Source: Amoebidium appalachense (Eukaryota > Protista > Ichthyosporea). Taken from it: a DNA stretch of 64,000 bases. Where the stretch lies: assembly GCA_963693365.1 (NCBI GenBank), contig CAVNZM010000003.1, positions 11,381,651 through 11,445,650 of the forward strand, given 5' to 3'. How positions within the stretch are numbered: position 1 is the stretch's first letter; the number at the start of each line of letters is the position of its first letter. Under the pieces are notes generated by a model that was not told the origin of the DNA, did no database searches, and saw only the letters and a list, made by a program, of their open reading frames with translations. The position numbers and the translations under genes were made by a program. Positions 1-64,000 of this stretch are shown one piece after another.

Positions 1-71
1 GGGTGGGGCGGGGGGTGGGAGGGGGGGGGGGGCAGGGATGGAGGGCATGGGGGGCGGGGGGGGGGGAGGGG

Positions 72-105
<34 letters not shown>

Positions 106-122
106 TAGATAATGGGACGTAC

Positions 123-21084
<20,962 letters not shown>

Positions 21085-22515
21085 TTTCGGTTTTTTTCAA
21101 AGTGGCGGAGGACACCAACTTCCCTTTTTGTGTATTCTACTTTTTCTGCTCTGTTATTTAGTTTGGAACCGAAGCTAAATTGCCAGAAAACAACTAGGAA
21201 GCCTTCAGACTTGACGTGGGTAGGGGTTCGTCCCAAGGCCTTGGTCCGATGGGTTTCTTGAAATGGAGATGAGATTGACGAAAGACAACTCTTCGCTTAA
21301 GTTGCCAAAACCAATTCTTTCAGTCTGAATGATTTTCCGAAGAGAAACTTCTTTTTTTGTCTTAGAACTCACGCACATATGCATACACGTAAACTGAGAC
21401 CCACGAGCACACACAACTGCGAACACAGGCACACACACACCGTGACACCATCCTTCGAATCTGACTGCTCAAAGTATGCTCAATCCAGGGTTCGATTTTG
21501 GCCTCAAATTATTGGGAAGGCCCAACTCGTCCTCCGAGCTTTTTCCGGAGGCCCGGCTAGCGCGGCTGGCGGGGATAGGGGACGGAGAGGGGTGGGTAAA
21601 GAGGGGAGGGGAGTGGGCTTGTTTACGGTAGCGCTGTGTACCTGTGACTCGCCGGGGTGGGTGAACCAAGCACAAGTATGCATTGCTCCCCCCCGCCCCC
21701 CCTCCAGTTCGAATCCCCCTTCTCCCCGGGCCTTGGTTGAGTTTTCGGAATGTTCATACAAAAAGTGTCGGGAATTCTGAGACGATTTTCGGAATTTGTA
21801 ACGCTGGCTCAATCTAATCTTTCGGGCATTTGGATTGGCTTGTCAAAAGAGTTTTGCATCCCACGGCGATGCGTTTTTAGCCAATGGGTATAGTCCAGAT
21901 CAATTGATTAGCTTTTTATGGCTAGTTCGCAGTATCCGTTTGCACCCCGGGTGACCCACTTGACTCGTGACTCGAGGCCTGTAGTCTAAAACGCCCCTCT
22001 CTACATTGTTTGTTTTAGATGACTAGCCTAATAGGCTAACATGGACTTTGACGCCACCTATGAGGTACTATTGCGGCAGACTACATAGCCAAAACTTTGA
22101 AGAAAAAAAAAACGAGCCACTAGTACTCGAAAGCCGTCAGTTTTTCCGCCGGCCAGCGAAGGTTTACACTGTGTTAGTTGCTCCGGCCATTTGCGAGGTA
22201 ACATGCCATTCATCGGTTGTAGCTAGATTACGGGGCGAAAGTTGTAGCGCTGCTCAAACTCTGTATGAGGTCTAGCGTAAGGTGCAGTTTGGTGGGTTTT
22301 GGCACGCGTCACGGAGAACAGGCATATGAAACCACTTCTGTACCACAGTGTGTGAGGCCCCTTCCTTCCCTGAAGCACATTCATTTCCTTACGCCCGTGA
22401 CGTAGAGGCACAAGGAAAGCATAAACACACGTGCCCGAGGATCTTCTTTATACACACACACACACGATTCAAAAGCCAACATGTAACTGCCCCCGAGGGC
22501 CACATCCGCGCAACC
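21085..22515. promoter_or_regulatory. Divergent (bidirectional) promoter region between gene 1 and the F-box/LRR gene
   Basis: Head-to-head ATGs at 21084 (-) and 22516 (+). The region largely lacks the microsatellites seen in introns and has CCAAT/ATTGG motifs at ~21833 and ~21881. Confidence 0.5.
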
Positions 22516-29425
<6,910 letters not shown>

Positions 29426-29664
29426 TTGATACAGGAGCGAGAGAGCGCTTTTTGTGTTTCCTTTTCCTTCTTTCTCTTTCTTCTTTCTTTTCGTTTCCAT
29501 TTTTTTTCCTTTGTTTACGCTTAACTCAACTTTTCTTTCTTTTTTTAAACCTTTTTTTTTTTTTGCCCCCTCCATTTCTTTTTTCTTTGCTAATAACGCT
29601 TTACTCAACTTTACTTTCTTTTTTTAAGCTTTTTTTTTTTCCCTTTCCATTTCTATTTTCTTTA

Positions 29665-29706
<42 letters not shown>

Positions 29707-29786
29707 TTCTTTCCTTTTTTTTTTTTTTTTGGCCCTTTTTTGTACTGTATTAATTTTTCGTCGATGTTTCCGGAGCAGCCGGCTGG

Positions 29787-29892
29787 TAGAGTGCCCCCTC
29801 TGCCACTGTGTGCCGTGCATGGGCTTGAGACGGGGCTAAACATGCACAATCACTATGATGAACCGCGGAGGGCCAGGAGACGGAGGTGTGAT
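29787..29892 (+). repeat. Diverged duplicate of the last ~110 bp of the F-box/LRR CDS (29314-29427)
   Basis: RVPPLPLCAVHGLETGLNMHNHYDE versus RVPPLPLCAVHGLGTGPNMQNHYDE; nucleotide similarity is directly visible. Confidence 0.9.
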
Positions 29893-30578
29893 ATAAACAT
29901 TGAGAGGGGGGTTTTATTTTATTTTACGATGTTCTTTAATTATAAATTCTCTATTTCTTTTCGTTCTCCCCCTTGTTTGTGCTTTGTTTTACTTTCCTCT
30001 GCTTTTTGTCTCCTTCCTTCCTTCTTTCCTTCCTTCCTTCCTTCCCTCCTTTCTTTTTCAGCATCCTTTTTTTTTGGACTGAATGAATGTTTTGTAGAGT
30101 TCTCAGAGCATGTTACTTACTTCCCCCCCCCCCCCCCCCCCCCCCTCTTTCCCCCCTTCCTTTCTTTGCAAAGGTTGTGTAGAGTTTAGTGTATGCATGA
30201 GTATAAAGAAAGATATTTCATAGTTGGAACGTGATATGGGCAAAGATGAGCTGTTGTGTGTTTTGCCGGGTGAGGGTTGTAAAGAAGAATCATCAAAATG
30301 TTTCTATGTGTGCGCGCGCATGTGTGTTTGTTCGTCGCCTTCGTGTGCATTGGATGGGGTGGGGTGGGGTGGGGTTGTTTTTTTTTGGGGGGGGGGGAGG
30401 GGGGGAGGGGGGGGTTTTGAGGGAGGGAGGGGGGGGGGGGGAGGGAGGGAGGAGGGGGGAGGTTGGTTGGTTGGAGCCCCCCATGCCAGCCCTGGGTGGG
30501 ATGCATCGGGTTTATTAAAAATATTCGGATGTTGAGGGGATGTGTGGTGTGCTTGCTTTGTTCAAAAGGTGGGAGAAA

Positions 30579-30615
<37 letters not shown>

Positions 30616-30904
30616 TAGGCTGTTCGGGTATGTATGAAGGTTAAATTCACTTGTGGCCCTCTTTTGAATATGGAAGATATTCACACCACAGTAAACGTGC
30701 CGCAATGTGTGCCCATCATCGAATAATACATACACACAGGCTGAAGAAAATTTTTATTTGAAAGGGTTGACAGTTTGTGCATGTACGTATCAACATACCC
30801 CTAAAAAAAAACCGAGCGACTTTGTGCAGGTGAACTGTAACGTTAGAGTTACAACTCAATAGTAAACATATAGACAACACCGTATTGATGGCTGTGCATG
30901 CGCC

Positions 30905-30970
<66 letters not shown>

Positions 30971-31235
30971 GGCGGGGGGGGGGGGGGGGGGGGAGGGGGG
31001 AGGGGGGATAATTTGGACAAAATCGCACAAAACCCCTGCGCACGTGTACACACGTCAGACTAAAAACAGAACAACAGCCTTAAAACAAGAACACGGGATC
31101 CACAGTAAACAAAATTGAATCAAGAAAACCGTGAGTACAATAACTTGAATATAATGGCTTCAAATAAGGCACAACTCTTTTAAAAAATCCACAATTTGAA
31201 AAGTACAAAGGGTGGTGTCAAAAAAAAAAAATCTT

Positions 31236-31403
31236 TACTTAGCTTGATTCATCAAGCAATACATATTTAAAATGTATTCTAGGGCAATCATTGGTTGAAA
31301 TGGTGTTTCTAACAATGATAGCCCATTGGGTGAGCTCCGTTGGTATATAAGGAGCAAACTCCTACTAGTCGTTAGCTCATTTCCGAACGTCGCACCCACT
31401 TCA
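31236..31403 (+). repeat. Direct repeat A1 (contains TATATAA at 31344-31350)
   Basis: ~168 bp, with about 11 differences by eye from copy A2; weaker similarity continues ~45 bp further. Confidence 0.95.
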
Positions 31404-31512
31404 TGCGACGTTTTGGCGAGAGCTCGGTTTAGGTTGCAGTCCCCTTTGCACACTTAGATCTAAGTAAGCTACGGTAGGTGGCAGAACTTGTTACCCTAAT
31501 TCCTCGCCTAGC

Positions 31513-32270
31513 ATGCATATGGAGAACGCTGCCTTCAACCTGTATAGCGCCGAGGTTCGCAGGCTCCTTCCGGCTGATAACAACAACAAGGAGGAGTCGG
31601 ACGAGCAGCGGTGTGAGCGCCTTCGGCATACTTGGAACCCGCAGCAAAACGTGCTACGACTCACCCGCGGCGAGTTCGAGGAGTCGCACGCATCTCTGCA
31701 AGCCGTCGAGCATTTTGTGGTTGGCGGACGTTTCCCATTTGGCCCACGGCCCTTGTCGTCAGACGGATTGTTCCCTGGGGGAGACCTCCCCAAGCCCATC
31801 AAGGAGGAGGCTGAACAGTGGATAGGGTTGGTCAACGCGGGTGTGCAGGCGCTCAATTTGGTCGCTGCACTACCCAATTGCTAGCCAACTTGGAGTCGGC
31901 GGACGCCTTTGCGGCCCGTCAGCTTACCCTGCTCCGCGAGCTCGTCGTCGACCTCATCAGTTACGGCGGCGACTGACTCCAGCTGTTGTACATTCGGCGC
32001 GCGGAGGGTCACGCAGTTGCAGAGGTCGCCCGTGCCCAAATTGAGAAGACCGTGACGTACAACCCCAAGTACGGCGCCAAGTGGTCCAAGGCTGTTGCGC
32101 ACGCCAAACAGAAGGAGCGTGAATCCGAGCTTGTTCGCGCATCGGCCAACAAGCAAGCTAGCGAGGGCGGGCCCACGGGCCCCTACACGCACGAGGGCGG
32201 CCGCGGAGGCTACCCCAACCCCAACAGGACGGCACCAAGTAGCAGTCACTCTACCGGCGCTCCGCGCTAG
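31513..32270 (+). pseudogene. Disrupted ORF1 (putative Gag-like) of the YR element
   Basis: ORF 31513-31884 continues after a frameshift near 31875 as ANLESADAFAARQLTLLRELVVDLISYGGD*LQLLYIRRAEGHAVAE...GGRGGYPNPNR. In-frame TGA at 31974-31976. Helical body with a G/R/P-rich tail. The Gag assignment rests on position only. Confidence 0.55.
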
Positions 32271-32378
32271 TAGAGGTCCCTTCGCCTTCCTTCTCCCAGC
32301 GGTGTACGCTGGGCACTGTACGATAGCGCAGCAATATTCCCCAAAAATTTCGTTTACTTTGATTTACACTGTTCTACC

Positions 32379-33664
32379 GTGTTGAGTTTCCACGTTCTTG
32401 CATTCGTTGTTTATCAGGTAGCTGCGGAAAATGCCCCTCTGGGCCTTGAACTTCGCCACCGCAGCGGAGGACACTGTCCCGGGCGTTTCTGCACCTGCCC
32501 CTTCCCCAGCACCTGCGAGCCGCCAAGGTCAACTTCTCCGCCCCCCGGTGCCCCTGAAGGGGTGATTATTTTGCCCGGTCAAGAAGGTGGTGTGGGGGGC
32601 CCAGCTGCGGGGCCCCCTCCCACTGTGGATGTAAATCCCGCGGCGACGGGGCGTGTTTATGTTTCTCCCATCGGTGACTTTGGTGCGTGGCGTGCGGCTG
32701 TGGTCCAATCTATGCCCCCGACCCTCAGGGCAAATGTGGATGTTTTGATCAGCAACACCCTTGCTGCCACCACCTGGGAGCGCTACCAGATGGAAATTCG
32801 GTTTTACCTTCAGTTTTGTCAAGAGTCCGCCTTCGTCCCTTGGCCCCTCACCGGCACGGTTGCCACTGCGTATGTGGCCAAGTTGATGGAGCGAAATTAC
32901 GCGCCGGGCACAGTGGTCGGCAAGCTCTCTGCCCTGCGCAAGGTACACGAACTTTGGGGGCTCCCATACCCTCCCCCATCGGTCATTTCCGCCCTCTCCC
33001 AGGGGTACACCCGCACCCATATGCAGCGTAACCCCGACACGCTGGCCGACCCGCGGCGGTTCGATGCCGAATGGGTGTCCCTCATCCTCACCCACCAGCC
33101 GCAGACCACCGCCGACACACAGCAGCGCCTGGGAGTGCTCCTGTTGGCCTACCTCTGGGGCCTGCGGTGGACCACGGTCACCGAGCTGCTCGCAGAAGAC
33201 GTGGTTTTTGAAGGCCCGCACCCAAAAGGCCACCGCATCACTATACGGCTGCGGAAAATCAAGCAAGGCGCGGGCAAGTTGCGTGACCTCGTCGTGCGCA
33301 CGCGAGTGGTGCCCACAATGATTTGTGTCCCGGCCCTACAGGCAGCAGTGGCTGCCACCCCCCGTCCCCCCGGCGCCCCCCACTGCATCCTCCTCACCGG
33401 TAATGTCAACCACCAGATCGAGTGGATCCAGCGCGATTTGTGCGCTATCGGCGTGGAGCCCCTGTTAGCCAACGCCGTCACCTTCCACTGCCTCCATCAT
33501 GCATCAGCGCGGCCAAGGCTGCGGGGGTCTCTGACCAGCAAATTGATTGGCTCGGCGCCTGGCTTGGCGCGAATTCGAAGCCGGCCACCTACGGCATCGG
33601 CCACCAACATACAGCTGACGACGTGCTGTATTTTGAAGCCCTGCGGGGCCTTGTTTGCAGTTGA
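32379..33664 (+). pseudogene. Tyrosine recombinase (DIRS/Ngaro-type), frameshifted at the HxxR motif
   Basis: SAM-like N-domain (TLAATTWERYQMEIRFYLQFC...YVAKL...APGTVVGKLSALRKVH), then LLLAYLWGLR (catalytic R) and RKIKQ (K). FHCLHH stands where HxLR is expected, with a frameshift at ~33495 into CISAAKAAGVSDQQIDWLGAWLGANSKPATY (GxW motif and catalytic Y). Confidence 0.85.
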
Positions 33665-33757
33665 TTGTGTAAAGGATCTCTATTAAGCTTGTAACGGCGC
33701 AATACTTGTCTGATCATGAAGGCAGCAGTGGACGCAGGTAGCAACCATACATCTAAA

Positions 33758-33924
33758 TACTTAGCTTAATTCATCAAGCAGTACTATTTAGATTGTATTC
33801 AGGGGCAATCATTGGTTGACATGGTGTTTCTAACAATGATAGCCCGTTGGGTGAGCTCCGTTGGTATATAAGGAGCGAACTCCTACTAGTCGTTAGCTCA
33901 TTTCCCAACGTCGCACCCACTTCA
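33758..33924 (+). repeat. Direct repeat A2
   Basis: Second copy of 31236-31403. Confidence 0.95.
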
Positions 33925-34026
33925 CCCACCCACCCGCCCGAGCTCTAGGGTTGCATCCCAACATTGCATTGCATGCACAGCTTCCGAGCTTTATGCGCAC
34001 GTCCCCACCACACAACACACACACAT

Positions 34027-34059
<33 letters not shown>

Positions 34060-34316
34060 CACACACAACACACGTGCACATGTTCACTCACACACCCGCA
34101 CACACCCGCACACACACATAGTATTACACACACAAAACACACATGTACACGCACATACACGCACACACGCATGCCCCCCTGCGCACGGGTGGTGGGGGAG
34201 GGAGTGAGGTTTTGGTAAGGATATGAGAACGAGGTTTGGTAAGCCTGTAAAGTGATGTGTGTAGCTGTATGTAAGTGTTGTCGACGATCTCTGATCCCAC
34301 AGGGATCACAGCCTGA

Positions 34317-34392
34317 ACCGAGCTCATAAAGCAATCAAAAGCAACCATACATTTACCGAGCTCATAAAGCAATCAAAAGCAACCATACATCT
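34317..34392. repeat. 38-bp tandem duplication overlapping repeat B2
   Basis: ACCGAGCTCATAAAGCAATCAAAAGCAACCATACAT occurs twice in tandem. Confidence 0.9.
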
Positions 34393-34559
34393 AAATGAAC
34401 ACGGAAGGGCCATACTTACAATGATTAGCAGGCTGTTTTGTAAGTCCAAGAAAGACTCTCAACATGATGATGCAATTGCTGGTAATCATTAGTAAACAAA
34501 CCGATGTAAAGATGGAACTAAATGCAGCAGCATCCTCATGTCTGCAGTGTACAATGCAA

Positions 34560-35097
34560 GACCGCCAACTAAACAAAGGCGGGGGAATGTTAAGCACCAT
34601 CTGTAACTTACGCCGTCTGGACCCGCGGTCCTCCCGAGGAGCAACCTCGATCCCATAGAATCCAAGCACATTGTTAGGAGGGCCTGGCTGCATTCCTGCC
34701 ACCATGTTTCTTGTTCGAGGCATCTGTGACAGTTCGGGGGGCACTTTGCCTTAGTCGTACTGGGGACGGGATACACTATAGAGTCAGTCTCGAAGGCAAC
34801 CGCGTTCATCAATCACACACCTAACTGCTGCATTTGTAAGTTCATCTGCTGCATATGCACGTTCCTCTATTGCATCTGCCGTTGAAGGTGGTTGGTGCTT
34901 TGCTGGATACTCTGCAAAGTGTCCGCTAACCCATGGGGGTTTGCCTGGCCCCTATCCCCCACACTAACCACTTCGAGTTGTGCCTCTTCGACGTTCACAG
35001 ATGTAACATAATAAGCGGCGGTGCCGTTGTTAAAGCTGGCAAGCCCGTTTTGGATTTGCTTTTCCTCCATTATGATGATTGGTGGCTGGCCAGGCAA
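34560..35097 (-). pseudogene. Coiled-coil + Mug135-C (DUF1773)-like pseudogene
   Basis: Q-rich helix with stops at ~34867 and ~34813, then LMNAVAFETDSIVYPVP..., a frameshift at ~34740, and PPELSQMPRTRNMVAGMQPGPPNNVLGFYGIEVAPREDRGSRRRKLQMVLNI. This resembles the P.T...l...L.FYG....R..L...I pattern of the Mug135-like C-terminal domain (from memory). Confidence 0.5.
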
Positions 35098-35646
35098 ACG
35101 AGATAGAGCGGGTTGAGGAAGCTGGGCTGGGGCAAACAGAGTTAAACTTTGACTAGGCCACGCGCGCTCCGCTCTGGGGAAGACAGCTAGCAGGTGAGGC
35201 AGCCGCTAGTAATTTAGATGGTTAATAATGAAAAGTATCCACACGGAAAACAGAATTTGAATGTCATGAGTGCACGGGTAATCTTTAAAGACTTAGGCAC
35301 GTTGAAAGGCAGGAAACGGAAAAACAGACTTTTAGCCTCCTTACCCAGCCAGTAGTGTGACGGTGCCTGATTGAAAGCTAGCAACAAGCAGCATACTACC
35401 GATCATGCACTTATTGTTGCCACGGACTTCGTGTGGTAAGGTCCATGTTTCAACTGTGCATCGTCCTGCTGCGGTTTTTCGTACGTCAATATGCTGAGAT
35501 ATCTGTGATATCTCGATTGCCCGGCTCTATTTTGACGAGAACATCGTATATACAGTCATTATAAAAGAAAAACTTTGCAATGAGTCGGCTGCATGTCGCG
35601 GCAAGACCTCCTAGATCAAACCGAGGCTTGGGTGAACTTGGAGGTG

Positions 35647-35704
35647 ATTGGTCTACTCGCGCAACGATCTGAATGATTGGTTTAGACTTGAATTTGGCGG
35701 GAAA
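35647..35704. promoter_or_regulatory. Two ATTGG (CCAAT) boxes plus an E2F-consensus site TTTGGCGGGAAA
   Basis: ATTGG at 35647 and 35676; TTTGGCGGGAAA at 35693-35704. Confidence 0.35.
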
Positions 35705-35736
35705 TTTGCAGCTCCCAGCTGGCCCTCGCCCCGTCG

Positions 35737-35791
<55 letters not shown>

Positions 35792-36033
35792 ATCCTACCC
35801 CCCCTTCCCCCTCGCTTTCTGTTATTTCCTGCAAATAGTTGAAGAGGGTCACTACCTATGCCCAACTTTTACACAAATGCCAAACTCAAAGCCGGCACAC
35901 GGTTTGCGGCTGCAAGACTAACATAACAATTGGGCATGCATATTCCTAAACACACATGCATATGTCCCCTACCAGAACGAGGGCAATCACACCGACACCT
36001 ACCGAAACCACAAGAAGCTTTTCTCCTCCGAAT

Positions 36034-36065
<32 letters not shown>

Positions 36066-36266
36066 CCCTTCCCCCTCGGTCACGCGTTCGTCAGACACGC
36101 ATGCCCAGCACTGTACATGTTCTCACTATTCGACCTCAAGCCCTATGTAGAGGTGGGAAAAGTGATGAAATGAGGTCCCCGGGTTAGGTGGATGTGTGTG
36201 TGTGTGTACATGTGTGTGTGTGTGTGTGAGTGTGTGTGTGTGTGTGTGCGTGTGTGTGTGTGTGTA

Positions 36267-36324
<58 letters not shown>

Positions 36325-36593
36325 GGAATGGTTGGCCGGTCACGGATCCGAATTCAAAGGAAAATATACTGTCTTTGTTTCAGTATACTATGTACGTAGG
36401 AGTGGTGCTTCACGGGATACGGTACAAAGGCTTATTTATGCCTTTGCTCGTACTCCTAATAGTGGACAAGGAGTCCTAGGCCTGGTGCCTGCACCATGAT
36501 ATAAAACCTTTGAAGGCTTCAGAAAAATAATCACAAAAGCAATGTAAGCTCTAGAGTGCAGCACACACACAGACACAGACACACAGACACACA

Positions 36594-36662
<69 letters not shown>

Positions 36663-37072
36663 GAACACACATGTGCACCATACATACAAAGTCGACAAGA
36701 GCAGCCATCCCGTCACTGGATACAAACCACCTTGCTTCTACTACAGCTACGGTAATCATTCACGCGAGCAACTACAAGCACAAACATCTACATACACCAA
36801 CCTCTACATACATACACAAATACCTACATGTATCGAACTTTAAGACCTACATACACGGGACTAATATAATTTCAGATCAACACAATCAGTTGCCACATTC
36901 ACAAAATCTCGTCATACTTGCCCGGAAGATTTCATGTGCATCACTGCAAAAGCAGCGTGTATGCGCACACGTGCATCTATGCTTGCTGTGTATGCACACA
37001 CACACACATGTGATCTGAATGTCGGTATCCACATCAGAGAGAAACAGAGACATGTACATAAACTGTGTGTGT

Positions 37073-37119
<47 letters not shown>

Positions 37120-37300
37120 GGGGGGGGGGGGGGGGGGGGGGGGGGGTAATCCATATTGAAGGAATTGCACGAGGAACTGGTGATGCATAGTTGCGCGCAA
37201 GTGCATGTATAGCAAAACATGTTGGGTGTGGTGATGATACTACGTGATAGTCGGCATCTAATCAAAAACTAAAATTGAAAAAAAAAAAAAAAAAAAAACA

Positions 37301-64000
<26,700 letters not shown>

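Larger units (their letters stand above)
31236..34396 (+). mobile_element. Degenerate tyrosine-recombinase element with split-direct-repeat layout (DIRS-order PAT/Ngaro-like), lacking RT/RNase H
   Basis: Repeat A at 31236-31403 and 33758-33924. A 19-bp repeat B (AGCAACCATACATCTAAAT) lies at 33740-33758, abutting A2, and again at 34378-34396. The GC-rich interior is microsatellite-free and holds ORF1 and a YR ORF. Confidence 0.75.

Noticed and set aside
32529-33266. 245-aa minus-strand ORF
   Set aside because: Antisense shadow of the GC-rich recombinase ORF with no recognisable motifs.
31236-33924. LTR retrotransposon (two long direct repeats)
   Set aside because: No TG...CA ends, PBS/PPT, TSD or DDE integrase; it encodes a tyrosine recombinase instead.

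Overview
Eukaryotic, intron-rich genomic DNA. The organism cannot be identified from this window; a Rac/CYRI-type actin regulator fits an amoeboid or opisthokont-type protist. Nearly every intron is packed with poly-G/poly-C runs and (CA)n/(GT)n/(GCAC)n microsatellites, so almost all ORFs in the supplied track are low-complexity noise. Manual splicing (GT..AG plus phase checking) gives three multi-exon genes. (1) Minus strand, 21084 to beyond base 1: about 27 small phase-consistent exons encoding TPR x3 - helical region - PHD finger - coiled coil - SH3 - CYRI/FAM49 (DUF1394)-like domain, an architecture I do not recognise. (2) A divergent plus-strand 7-exon F-box/LRR gene, 22516-29425. (3) A minus-strand Rad5/SHPRH-like SNF2 helicase with a RING finger, 37301 to >61279 and probably past the window end. 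Between genes 2 and 3 lie a decayed tyrosine-recombinase element with split-direct-repeat geometry but no RT/RNase H (31236-34396) and a Mug135-like pseudogene. A deleted PIF/Harbinger transposon (TTA TSD) sits in the last helicase intron. There are also a dispersed poly-G-headed intronic repeat family and recurrent duplications of exon-end/5' splice-site junctions. All domain calls are by-eye motif recognition; no database search was run.
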